A stretch of DNA of 64,000 nt, from positions 507,210 to 571,209 of the forward strand of contig NMRA01000154.1 of assembly GCA_002633005.1 (NCBI GenBank), written 5' to 3'. Every line of letters begins with the position of its first letter. Position 1 is the stretch's first letter. Of the stretch, positions 25,342 through 38,305 are shown in pieces. Source of the DNA: Phoronis australis. Taxonomy: Eukaryota; Animalia; Phoronida. The notes under the pieces are model-generated. The model was not told where the DNA came from, ran no database searches, and saw only the letters and a program-made list of their open reading frames with translations. The position numbers and the translations under genes are program-made.

Positions 25342-26429
25342 CCGGAACACAAGCGCCGGAATGAAACGATGACGACCAGTCGCATCCTGTTCTAGAAAAA
25401 CAATAGAGTTACTTTGTATGACTAGATAAGGATTAGCCCCGTTTAGGCTTCTAGCGTACAGACGGCTTCGTGTAAGCCAAAAATACTGTGTAGCTCCTGA
25501 CTGTATAATCATTCATTTGCAAAGTCACGTGAGTTGACTATCCTGATGAAGTCCTTGCTTTCGCATTCTAAGGCCTTGTGTGAGAACCTCAGGCAAAAGT
25601 GAGAACATGGCATACTTCACACATTTTTGACATATAGCTTTTTGTAAGAAAGAGTGGAATGGTGAACATCCTCGGTAGTTTCGGGTCGAAGTACTGACGC
25701 ACCTCTTACGTATTCGGGCAGTTTTGGCCGTGTGGGCAAGCGTGAACTTTGATATTTTTGAGACGAATGGGGCAATGAAATAATTTCATAATCTCAACCC
25801 CAGTAGTTCTATCCTTTGTGAGATGAAGCTGCATTTTGAAATGCAGTGAGCAATTTCTGACATGCACCATGTAAATTTATGAAGTTTCAGCGACCTCTTA
25901 CGACTCTATTTATGATCAATGAAAAAGAGTCCATGTTGATCAATAAAACTGAGGAAACGAGAGAAACTTAAATTGATCATTCGATTTATTGACGGAAAAT
26001 ACAATTTTCTACATGAATACTGTCATTTTAACCAGATAAATAAGCTGCTAAACGGCACCTGCATGGTCATGGGACATTCTGACTCTCGCCAGTATGTCCA
26101 TTCCGACTGGAAAATCAAGCGAAATAATAGCTTTTTTGAAGCATGTTGATGGTGAAATTTCACTGTGGAAAACGTCATGTTCCCATAATACCGCATTCTG
26201 CTCCATAATTGTGTTGCCAGACGGCGACCAGGAGAGACCAAAACCCAATGTCGTCGCCCAGTGCTATAATGGGGCGTAAGCGCAGGTAGGCGCAACCAAC
26301 CACCTTTTGGCATTTGAACGTAGCGCCTATGCACTGTAAGTTACGTTCAGCGCTCAAGGTGATACGGTGGGCTTTCGGCGCCTACTTACCTCTAATTTTA
26401 CCACCACAGCACTGTCGTCGCAGTAATAT

Positions 26430-26585
26430 CAGTGGCGGATCAAGGATATCACAAGGGGGGCAACATTTTTTCTGTAAGCATTTGCGCAAACCACGATTGC
26501 AGAGGCGCATAGCACCGAATGGGGGGAGGTCGGGAGGGGGGGTTTGCCCCCTNCCCTGCCCCCCCCCCCCCCCCTAAATCCGCCA
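26430..26585. mobile_element. Short MITE-like element with G/C tracts
   Basis: Ends CAGTGGCGGATC ... AATCCGCCA; similar ends at about 32923-33077 and 37059-37213. Confidence 0.55.
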
Positions 26586-26989
26586 AGAAATTAAAATTGG
26601 ATGTCCATGCTATGATTGGACGAATGGACAAACTTGAAATCCAAGACAACGTTTTCCTTGGCTCATAAGTATGAGAAAGCGATCAAAATGTTTTGGTAAA
26701 AGCGTGATTTGTTCGAGTTGAGCTCCACTAAGCTGTTGTGTATTGGGTGTGTTGCAATACACTCATGGATTAATCGTGAGACACGCAAAGTCATATGTAA
26801 AATATTATTATCTTATTTTAGGCAAATTGGTTCCGCGTTAATGTTATGAACTCCGTAGCACTAAACAGTTCCTTTTACACACTTAGAAAGTCCATGATGG
26901 TGTTTGAGCGCCTTCTTCAGCTGTACACTATTTACATAAATCTGGCTAAAACGACAGCATCCTGTGATACTCATGACAGTGAACAAATT

Positions 26990-28585
26990 TCATTCAACGT
27001 TTGGTAAAGTAGACGGCTTACGGTAAGAGGCGAAGAGATTGTCGTTATTATCCGTTGTTGGAAGATCTGCGTCTTTGTACTTGTCATAAATGCCGCATTT
27101 GTATGCCAGCGCCGAAACCAAGATAGCTATTACATAAGCAATCATAGCAACAGAGAGAGTGGCCACGTGATAGTTACAAAAGGCAATGAAAACTATGCAT
27201 CCTGCGCGCATAGCTGGGCCATAGACGTAAAAACTGGAATTGAATGCAACGGCATACAAACACGCGAACCCTGTAAAAAGAGACAAGACTATGCATATCT
27301 TCCATTCTGCCAACGAGTAGAAATATTTTTGGCTGGCACTAAGAGATTGTATGTCCTCCAGCCTCTCTTTGGTCGCGTCGGTGTTTTGTAGGGAATATTC
27401 CAGAACTGTCTTAACAACAGGTGCTTCGACGTCTTCCGCTGTTTGAAGGATCTCATCGTTCGCCATAGCAACGTTGAGGTTAATAAGAACGAGCATTTCA
27501 AGGAACCAGAAATAGTTCACCACAACAAAAAGAGCCAGCCCTGACAGCGGAAGCAGTAGAGTTCCGCCGATCATGATCCACGTCCATCCGGAACATGAAA
27601 AATCCTCCGTCACGTCATTCTCCGAGTGAATCTGCATCGCCAACATTACTAGAAGAACGCCAAAAAGAAAAGAGTTGAGTAGCATCATGGTTGAGAATCT
27701 CGTAGTCACGTGACACAGGTCACAGGTTATGTTGGCTCCTGCTTGCTTCCGAAGGGTGATCATGATTTTACGAACCATGTATACACGTACCGCATATATG
27801 TAAGCTAAAGTAATGACGTCAAAGCTTAGTAAAACAAGTTCCAACTCAGCCAATGGATCTTGTCCCAAATACGACTTGCCAACGACAACTCCAAATAAGG
27901 TACAAATTATCGACGGATACATTAGCACTTCTTGAAGGATGTTCTCCAAATACTGAAACTGTTTGTCTAGATTTTTCTTTCGTTGTTCGCTGGAATTTGT
28001 ATAAATTGAAGTATTTTTGAAGAACCAAGTGCAGGCAAGAATAATGTTTTCAATGACTGAGATGATGAAGGTAGGGATTTTATAATACAAAAACTCAGGT
28101 TCCATTATTAAGTCTATAATGGAAAGTAATAAATTGAATCCAAAAAGCAACTGTGGAATGATTCTATTGAGTCTATTCCAGATTTGCGAGAGAGGCTTCT
28201 CGGTCAATTCTATGGCGACAGCGTGTCCGGAAGCAGCTTGCTTCCGGTTTTTCTCGTGGAACATGCGCTGCGAATCCACAACCGCCGCCCAGTTTGTCAG
28301 TTTACTGTCTGAAAGTCTATGCCTTCGAATCGTTGTGGTTTTCGTAACTCTTGTTAATTGCGTCACTTTCATGTTTTCCTTCACAACCCCCAAGTTTTTT
28401 AGCACCTCAGAATTTTGTGTTGATGCTCGTTTATCGTTGCTGTCATTTGTCGGTGCATTAGCAGCAACAAATGCCTCGCCTTTCCCCTTAGGAACCTTTC
28501 GTATAATCTTTTTCGTGGTTTTCACCGTCACAACATTTGGTGGCGCGTCGGAGGAATGCATCACCTGGATTTTGTTCGTAGGCAT
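26990..28585 (-). CDS. Uncharacterised multipass membrane protein, 531 aa, uninterrupted CDS
   Basis: 1.6-kb ORF in AT-rich DNA; hydrophilic basic N-terminus followed by about 8-10 hydrophobic segments; acceptor CCTTTTTGCAG lies 4 nt upstream of the ATG. Confidence 0.85.
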   Translation of the reverse strand: MPTNKIQVMHSSDAPPNVVTVKTTKKIIRKVPKGKGEAFVAANAPTNDSNDKRASTQNSEVLKNLGVVKENMKVTQLTRVTKTTTIRRHRLSDSKLTNWAAVVDSQRMFHEKNRKQAASGHAVAIELTEKPLSQIWNRLNRIIPQLLFGFNLLLSIIDLIMEPEFLYYKIPTFIISVIENIILACTWFFKNTSIYTNSSEQRKKNLDKQFQYLENILQEVLMYPSIICTLFGVVVGKSYLGQDPLAELELVLLSFDVITLAYIYAVRVYMVRKIMITLRKQAGANITCDLCHVTTRFSTMMLLNSFLFGVLLVMLAMQIHSENDVTEDFSCSGWTWIMIGGTLLLPLSGLALFVVVNYFWFLEMLVLINLNVAMANDEILQTAEDVEAPVVKTVLEYSLQNTDATKERLEDIQSLSASQKYFYSLAEWKICIVLSLFTGFACLYAVAFNSSFYVYGPAMRAGCIVFIAFCNYHVATLSVAMIAYVIAILVSALAYKCGIYDKYKDADLPTTDNNDNLFASYRKPSTLPNVE

Positions 28586-29144
28586 CTTGCTGCAAAAAGG
28601 AAAGGCGTTCGTTATTGTAAAAATATTGTCCTAAAACAAATTACCAGACATGAGCGCAAAAGCTTCACAAATATCGAGACGTTAACCATACGATCGAAGG
28701 CATAATCTATGATCGTAAAAATACCCCGTGGTTTTAGTGGCCTGCTTGTCGATGAGACTAATGGCCTTTGTATTTTGATTTTGGCCAAACGTCCGGCTAC
28801 GAACAGCCACACGTTGACTTTTTACGCTTCTCGAGTTATTTATCGTTTGCATATTCGAGCAGACGATAGATATCTGTTTGTTGAGTGAGTATGAATTCAC
28901 AAAAGCAGAGTCACGATGCTTCTACCGCGGTTGTTTCTGAAGACACTGCAAGCCAGAACAGGCCGTCTTGATTTGTGAAGCTTGTTCAGCATCACTGTGT
29001 GAGCTGAATGCCTTTTTTGTTCAGATGCCGCGTCACAGATGCCACCAGTGAAGCACATAATACTTTACAAGATAGTTCATCAACTCGTTGTTGTTCCCGC
29101 ACACTCACACCACATCAGTGGCACAGTTTCAGTGAGTCATAGGC

Positions 29145-29279
29145 CATTGGCGGCGCACCATAAGGGGCTGGGGGGCTATAGCTACGCTGCACATGGTCTA
29201 TAGGCGATAGGCGATGCACCACAGAGGGGCTGAGGGGGCTTTAGACTCCCCCACATTTTTCAGTGCTGCGCCGCCCATG
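29145..29279. mobile_element. Putative MITE of about 135 bp
   Basis: TIRs CATTGGCGGCGCA and TGCGCCGCCCATG. Confidence 0.55.
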
Positions 29280-30140
29280 TCATATGCTACATGTAAGTAA
29301 TATAACCCTGTAGTACGCGTTGTCATTACCTGGAATGGTCTCTCACTAAAACACCGTATTTTCTCACTCAGGAATCCTTCAATACAAGACTCCAAACCTT
29401 CCAGTGCACACTGGTCTGTTATGCTACGCTGTTATACCCTGTACGCACCACATCCACACTTCCTTAAGTCTGCTACGTTGAATCTTGGTTTGATGTTTGG
29501 GTACAAGGTAGAGCCACTCGGCTCGAAATATGAACGAATGTTAAGTTTAGTCGCCGGAAAGTTCTTTCGCATTCGCACCATTGACAGTCCCGGTGGGTTT
29601 CACTAGTGCGACGTGTAACATTTAATCGATCTGCTGTTATCCATTGTCTAAAACCATTACCCAAGATTTCCCAAAGCGTGTATTGATTTTTGCATTGTTT
29701 ACCTATCGATTGACACACAAAATCACAATTCTTGCAGAGAAGTCTATGCCTCAATGTTTTGTTATGAAGAGGAGACTAGGCACGTGATGGGGGAGGTCAA
29801 CAGCGGTTCACTGGTTGGAGGCCCAGTTTCGATTGTTGAGTTTGCTGGTAGATTGTAAACACGTGCTCTCGTGTATCGTAGGCCAAGTACGTTTCATTAC
29901 TTTATTTGTTCGCGATTTATTCCCATAATACTTCCTTAGCCAATCATAAGCCAGGAATACTACAATAACTATAATAAATACTTGTTACTGTAATTAATAT
30001 TTATTCCAGTTGTAAATGCATATTACTGGATTAAATCAACCAATCAGGCGCGCTTGGCTTGAACGAGCTCTGCTATTTGGCGAAGTGGGCAAAAAGGCTG
30101 GCCTCAGAGAAAGAAAAACTTCGAAAAAAGCAAAAAAAAA

Positions 30141-33100
30141 AACATGTAATTATTTGATCATCAAAGCCTAGAAATAATTTATACGAATTATCTTAGTAAC
30201 TAATAGTTCCAGATATTTTCTTAGAAACTTTGTACTTTTTGCTTGAGCAGCATTAAGCTCGTGTTTTACAGAAAAAATGGATTTGAGTCAATTAGTACTC
30301 TAAAATTGATCTAAAGTCGTTCCATAGTCAAACAGATGTGATTTCTGAGATCGGAAAAGAGCTGATAACTTGTTATTTCTTCAAACGAAGCTCACAAAAT
30401 TTCACGTCGTGACGTGACTTGAATCTCACTTTTACCCCAGCCCATAGATCAACTCTAAACTGTGTACGGAACAAGGCAAGATCAATTGAATAACGATAAG
30501 TGTCTTAAATCAAAACTTGCGGTTTTGACAGAAATGACGCAGTTTTAATGCAGATTTAATTATTTTCCAGAAATATCTAACTTTCAAGTGACTTCTCGTA
30601 AAATTCCAAAACAGGGTTTATAAGTGCTTCCAACTACTCGTTTTTTGTGATTTCACCCAAAACCGTTTCTGTCTCCTGCCACTGTACAATTAGACTATTC
30701 AGGGAGATTAGCAATACTCTCTCCGCAGACGCTTTTCCTTGCTGTGCCGGATATCAAGCGGATCCTACAGGAGCCGGTTACTTGTTCAAAGCATTTGTCA
30801 CTCTTGACAATTGGGCAGTCTGTCAAATAATGTCAAACATTTTTCAACCTTTGAAGGTTACGGAGCATAATTATTCACAAAAATTAATGTGAACTTACCG
30901 CAGTAAAATAATACGTTGAAACAAAATTTCGCCCTGTTTAGCTGGCTAAAAAGAAAATCGAGTTAGTCCTTTTGTTATCATAAATTCGGTCTCTTTGATA
31001 CTTTATACAGTGATAGAATTCTATTTCCGTTATCAACAGAAATATATAGAAATAATCGGTGACTTACAAAATCAGAATTTATTTGGGTTGGCCAACCCTA
31101 AAATGGCTCATGTACGCCTGGCCTATGAATTGATTTAGTAACGGAAGTGTAATCGTATCACGGTAAGAATTTTGATGAGACCGGCTACATGAGAGTGAAA
31201 TGCCTAATTCAATTTTCGTTTTTAGCCAGCTAAACTGGGTTATTAGCAACTTAAAACATAATGCGAGACTTTGTCCGTTTTTAGCGCATACGAGCCGATT
31301 GCGCAAGAGCCACTTTGATACATTGATTGGTTGGTTGATCAATCGATTGACTGACATTGTTTTCAGCATTGAGGTGAAACAATTTCACTATCATCTTTCA
31401 ATATTTGTTTCCAGGAAATGTGTCATCGATACAACAAGTTTTCATGTATGTATTTATTTCACACTATTTTAAAAAGAGCACACATATTTTGTTTGCTGAG
31501 AATTTGCTGTGCTACTTGGCAACCCTGAAAAGAATCTGTCGTTTGAACTCACTCGTAGCCTCAAATTTATTCGTGTAGGCCTAATCTTCAATAAATGTTT
31601 GAAGAGTGTACCGCTTGTTTATTCTAATACGTGGCGTTTTGTCCAACGTGATTGTTTTCTCAAATTCTATGAATGCGCAGAGACCAGCAAGCGCGTACAT
31701 ACATGTACGCACGCATATGCATTGAAGCTTCGTTTGGTACACTTAGCGCCAACCACTTTATCCCTCTCGTCGGTCTACTGTTTCCGACGTATTAGGCGAT
31801 AGTTTTGCAGAAAGCATGTGCTACCCATTTCACTCGTGTTGCAAGTTCTTCTTTTTTAAGTCTGGCCACAGTTATTTGCGAGTCTACACTCCAAAGCTTC
31901 CATTTTTCAAGATAAGTCTGCAATGTAAAATTCATAAAAACCAATTTCTTATTCAACTCACCTGTTTTGATAACAGAGTTCCCTGAAAACGTGCAAGTGG
32001 TGAAAGTTTGTTCACATTTGTTCACCAATGAGAGACTTTTATACGATTGCAAATACCACCGCGACGACCACCAAGGATCAAAGGCAAGGAAAATGACCTG
32101 TGCGCGGATCTGTTGCTGAGCAAGGGAGTCGGTGATCGAAAGGTCTTGAAGAGTTAATACGTAATCAATCGTATCCATTAAAATGTTTTCTGACATATGA
32201 TATTGTAAACAACTCAGCGTAGGTCTGTTTGAGACTGAGCTGGGTACGGTTCAGATGTTTCGCTTGATTAAAGTCTAATGAGGAAGTTCATCGAACTCAT
32301 GTAATGTATATTTGAATGGGGCCTAATTTCGAAATCAGGTTATGCATTTTTTGGATTGAGAAAATAGAATTTTGAAGCCCAGTTTGTTGAGAGTAGCCAG
32401 GTGAGCGTCGCTACACCTCAAGCTTGCAGAATACATGTAATGACATTTCGATTCAGTGACGACTGGTTTTCCTTTCTTGTAGCTGTTGAATTGTGATGCC
32501 TCCCCGGCAACAGACGGACTCGACTTAAAGCTCAGGGATATTCACATAAGTTGCGCTCATCACAAGCGATGGTCACTGAAAGAATGCTTTTGAATTCCTT
32601 TCGAAAAAAATCCGTATTAACTCCCTCTGCCGGTAAAGGTTCAGTTTCGGAGTAACGCTCAATGAAAAACGAAAGTTGGGTCACTTCCGGGGTAGTCCTA
32701 GTCGTGACTCACTAGTGTAGTCACTGTTGGCAGTATAGTATTGATCATTGGGGAGTTTTTGTAATGATCGGGGCCGGGGCCGGGGCCGGGCTAGCACAAA
32801 ATTGAAATGAGTGTGGACGGGAGGAGGAGGCCTGCAATCAACAGGGGACCATTTCCTAGACCATAACGTGGCACTTTGATATAGGTTCTCTTCAACTTCT
32901 GGTTTAAATGGAGAGGAAGGAGCAAGGCGGATCCAGGATTTTGAGTTGGGGGGGGCAGAGCAGAATATTAGCCAGGATTTTGCCCGTCAGACATAGGGAC
33001 TCCCAAACTGCCCAATGGAATCTGCGAGAATTTTAGAGGGGACATGACCCCCTTGGCCCCCCTCTAAATACGCCACTGAGGAGTACCCTAACGCAACGCT

Positions 33101-36100
33101 TGTAGTATCCCAGTTCAAGTCTGTGCAAGCACGCCACTAAGAAGGTAAACATTATTAAAGGGGCACTTCGTTTTGGCGAAACCTTTGAACCCCACATGGT
33201 CATTTCAGATTCCCGCTTATCGCCACCATTGTCCTTGTCCACGGTCGTTCCGAATTTCGCATACACACAGCCATACGCGGGAAAGGGAGCCACCAGAAAT
33301 TTGGGTGCCCACGTTTAAACAAAATTGCACGAGAAAGGATCAAGAATTTTACGTGAGGACGTACGCGTTATTTATTTAGCGCGTGCCTTTGACTTTTAAT
33401 GGTGTATTTTTAATGAAATTCACGTTATTAGTACATGTATGTCAAATGGACGCATTGCCAAAATAACTTTCAGCTGTAAACGTAAGAAATTCCTACCGCG
33501 GGCAACAAAATCCGGGCGGTGAAATATTGGAAGAAATAACGTCACCTCAGAATGTTGCCTTGGAAACTTCAGTTATAACTTCGCTTTATTTTGAAGAGTG
33601 AAACTTCACTTTATTAGGCACTGGTTTGGACACAGTTTATGCTTTGAAGACACACATTGTATTAGGAGTCGTTTCAAAACCCCTTGTTGAGTTTCTGGTA
33701 GTCGTCCTGGCCCCAGGGGTGCATGTGATAAAGAACTGACCGAATTTCATGAGCTTCCGTACGTCAAAATTCATCTAAACGCCAATTCCATAGTGAATTT
33801 TGCTGTTTGTGGAGTCGAGTGACGGATATTTCTCCGAATTTTAGCCTTCATCTCAGTTCACCGAACACCAATTTCTTACAAAGTCAGTTTCTAATTATTA
33901 GCAAAGTTGTCGCGCAGTGCGCGCTTTAGGTTAACCACGCAGGCTTATAGTTGCAAAGCATTTTTAAATCCGTATTTGTTGGGTGGAATTTTTAGGCAAG
34001 TCCAATTTTCACTTACTGGTCCGGGAAAGCAAGTGAGACGGGGCAGCCCAAATGAGGTTTAGAGCCCTCCCCCAGAAAATTTTATAATTCATTTGTGGTA
34101 ACGTGAATTCTGGTTTATTCCAAAAGAAGCCTGTATCGGGTCATGAGTTAAACTTAACTGAAAGGCTCGNTCTTTCGCTTCCACTTCACCAATTATCAAT
34201 AAAGTTTTAAACATGTAATTATTCGATCATCAAAGCCTAGAATTAATTTATACGAATTATCTCAGTAACTAATAGTTCCAGATATTTTCTTAGAAACTTT
34301 GTACTTTTTGCTAAAGCAGCATTAAGCTCGTGTTTTTACAGAAAAAATAGATTTAAATCAAATAGCGTTCTAAAATTGATCTCAAGTCGTTCCATAGTCA
34401 AACTGATGTGATTTCTGGGATCGGAAAAGAGATGATAACTTGTTATTTCATCAAACGCAGCTCACAAAATTTCACGTCGTGACGTGACTTGAATCTCACT
34501 TTTACCCGAGTCCATAGATCAATTCTAAACTGTGTACGGAACAAGGCAAGATCCATTGAATAACGATAACTGTCAAAACTTGCGTTTTTGACAGAAATCA
34601 CGCAGATTTAATGGAGATATAATTATTTTCCAGAAATATATAACTTTCAAGTCACTTCTCGTAAAATTCCAAAACAAGGTTTCTAAGTGGTGCCAAATAC
34701 CATTTATTTTGTGATTTCCTGCCACTGTAGAATCAGACAATTCGGAGAGATTAGCAATACCCTCTCCGCTAACGTTTTTCCTCGTTGTGCCGTGTCTCAA
34801 ACGGATCCTGTTGTATGCCAGATGGAACGCCACTTTCATAACTCTTACAGTAGCCGTTTACTTGTTCAAAGCATTAGTCACTCTTGACAATTGGACAGTC
34901 TGTCAAATAATGTCAAACTTTTTTCAACCTCTGAAGGTTACGGAGCATAATTATTCAAAAAAAATTAATGTGAACTAACCGCAGTAAAATAATACGTTGA
35001 AACAAAATTTCGCCCTGTTTAGCTGGCTAAAAAGAAATCGAATTAGTGCTTTTGTTATCATAAATTCGGTCTCTTTGATACTTCATACAGTGATAGAATT
35101 CTATTTCCGTTATCAACAGAAATATAGAAATAATCGGTGACTTACAAAATCAGAATTTATTTGGGTTGGCCAACCCTAAAATGACTCATGTACGCCTGGC
35201 CTATGAATTGATTTGGTAACGGAAGTGTAATCTTATTACAGTAAGAATTTTGATGAGACCGTCTTCATGAGAGTGAAATGCCTAATTCAATTTTCGTTTT
35301 TAGCCAGCTAAACTGGGTTATTAGCAACTGAAAACATAATGCGAGACTTTGTCCGTTTTTAGCGCATACGAGCCGATTGCGCAAGAGCCACTTTGATACT
35401 GCCCATTGATTGATTGGTTGATCAATCGATTGACTGACATTGTTTTCAGCATTGAGGTGAAACAATTTCACTATCATCTTTCAATATTTGTTTCCAGGAA
35501 ATGTGTCATCGATACAAAACAAGCTTTCATTTATGTATTTATTTCACACTATTTTAAAAAGAGCACACATATTTTGTTTGCTGAGAATTTGTTGTCATTC
35601 TACTTGGCAACCCTGAAAAGAGTCGTTTGAACTCACTCGTAGCCTCAAATTTATTCGTGTAGGCCTAATCTTCAATAAATGTTTGAAGAGTGTACCGCTT
35701 GTTTATTCTAATACGTGGCGTTTTGTCCAACGTGATAGTTTTCTCAAATTCTATGAATGCGCAGAGACCAGCAAGCGCGTACATACGCACGCATATGCAT
35801 TGAAGCTTCGTTTGGTACACTTAGCGCCAATCACTTTATCCCTCTCGTCGGTCTACTGTTTCCGACGTATTAGGCGAAAGTTTTGCAGAAAGCATGTGCT
35901 GCCCATTTCACTCGTGTTGCAAGTTCTTCTTTTTTAAGTCTGGCCGCAGTTATTTGCGAGTCTACACTCCAAAGCTTCCATTTTTCAAGATAAGTCTGCA
36001 ATGTAAAATTCATAAAAACCAATTTCTTATTCAACTCACCTGTTTTGATAACAGAGTTCCCTGAAAACGTGCAAGTGGTGAAAGTTTGTTCACATTTGTT

Positions 36101-38305
36101 CACCAATGCTCGGAGAGACTTTTATACGTTTGCAAATACCACCGCGACGACCACAAAGGATCAAAGGCAAGGAAAATGACCTGTGCGCGGATCTGTTGCT
36201 GAGCAAGTGAGTCGGTGATTGAAAGGTCTTGAAGAGTTAATACGTAATCAATCGTATCAATTAAATGTTTTCTGACATATGATATTGTAAACAACTCAGC
36301 GTAGGTCTGTTTGAGACTGAGCTGGGTACGGTTCAGATGTTTCGCTTGATTAAAGTCTAATGTGGAAGTTCCCCGAACTCATGTAATGTTTGTTTGAATG
36401 GGGCCTAATTTCGAAATCAGGTTATGCATTTTTTGGATTGAGAAAATAGAATTTTGCAGCCCAGTTTGTTGAGAGTAGCCAGGTCAGCGCCGCTACATCT
36501 CAAGCTTGCAGAATAATGACATTTCGATTCAGTGACGACTGATTTTCCTTTCTTGTAGCTGTTGAATTGTGATGCCTCCCTACACTCTATCACAGTGCTA
36601 AACAGTATAGGTGGCGCTGTGTCAGAGGGTAATGCCTCCCCGGCAACAGACGGACTCGACTTAAAGCTCAGGCATATTCACATAAGTTGCGCTCATCACA
36701 AGCGATGGTCACTGAAAGAATGCTTTTGAATTCCTTTCGAAAAAAATCCGTATTAACTCCCTCTGCCGGTAAAGGTTCAGTTTCGGAGTAACGCTCAATG
36801 AAAAACGAAAGTGGGGTCACTTCCGGGGTAGTCCTAGTCGTGACTCACTAGTGTAGTCACTGTTGGCAGTATAGTATTGATCATTGGGGAGTTTTTGTAA
36901 TGATCGGGGCCGGGGCCGGGGCCGGGCTAGCACAAAATTGAAATGAGTGTGGACGGGAGGAGGAGGCCTGCAATCAACAGGGGACCATTTCCTAGACCAT
37001 AACGTGGCACTTTGATATAGGTTCTCTTCAACTTCTGGTTTAAATGGAGAGGAAGGAGCAAGGCGGATCCAGGATTTTGAGTTGGGGGGGGCAGAGCAGA
37101 ATATTAGCCAGGATTTTGCCCGTCAGACATAGGGACTCCCAAACTGCCCAATGGAATCTGCGAGAATTTTAGAGGGGACATGACCCCCTTGGCCCCCCTC
37201 TAAATACGCCACTGAGGAGTACCCTAACGCAACGCTTGTAGTATCCCAGTTCAAGTCTGTGCAAGCACGCCACTAAGAAGGTAAACATTATTAAAGGGGC
37301 ACTTCGTTTTGGCGAAACCTTTGAACCCCACATGGTCATTTCAGATTCCCGCTTATCGCCACCATTGTCCTTGTCCACGGTCGTTCCGAATTTCGCATAC
37401 ACACAGCCATACGCGGGAAAGGGAGCCACCAGAAATTTGGGTGCCCACGTTTAAACAAAATTGCACGAGAAAGGATCAAGAATTTTACGTGAGGACGTAC
37501 GCGTTATTTATTTAGCGCGTGCCTTTGACTTTTAATGGTGTATTTTTAATGAAATTCACGTTATTAGTACATGTATGTCAAATGGACGCATTGCCAAAAT
37601 AACTTTCAGCTGTAAACGTAAGAAATTCCTACCGCGGGCAACAAAATCCGGGCGGTGAAATATTGGAAGAAATAACGTCACCTCAGAATGTTGCCTTGGA
37701 AACTTCAGTTATAACTTCGCTTTATTTTGAAGAGTGAAACTTCACTTTGTTAAGCACTGGTTTGGACACAGTTTATGCTTTGAAGACACACATTGTATTA
37801 GGAGTCGTTTCAAAACCCCTTGTTGAGTTTCTGGTAGTCGTCCTGGCCCCAGGGGTGCATGTGATAAAGAACTGACCGAATTTCATGAGCTTCCGTACGT
37901 CAAAATTCATCTAAACGCCAATTCCATAGTGAATTTTGCTGTTTGTGGAGTCGAGTGACGGATATATCTCCGAATTTTAGCCTTCATCTCAGTTCACCGA
38001 ACACCAATTTCTTACAAAGTCAGTTTCTAATTATTAGCAAAGTTGTCGCGCAGTGCGCGCTTTAGGTTAACCACGCAGGCTTATAGTTGCAAAGCATTTT
38101 TAAATCCGTATTTGTTGGGTGGAATTTTTAGGCAAGTCCAATTTTCACTTACTGGTCCGGGAAAGCAAGTGAGACGGGGCAGCCCAAATGAGGTTTAGAG
38201 CCCTCCCCCAGAAAATTTTATAATTCATTTGTGGTAACGTGAATTCTGGTTTATTCCAAAAGAAGCCTGTATCGGGTCATGAGTTAAACTTAACTGAAAG
38301 GCTCG
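30141..38305. repeat. About 4.1-kb tandem duplication (30141-34169 vs 34210-38305), probably uncollapsed haplotypes
   Basis: Colinear, near-identical sequence, with a single N at the junction (34170). Confidence 0.9.

Noticed and set aside
31079-33379. Short ORFs conserved between the duplicated blocks
   Set aside because: The conservation just reflects the duplication, several ORFs differ by frameshifts between copies, and I recognise no domain.
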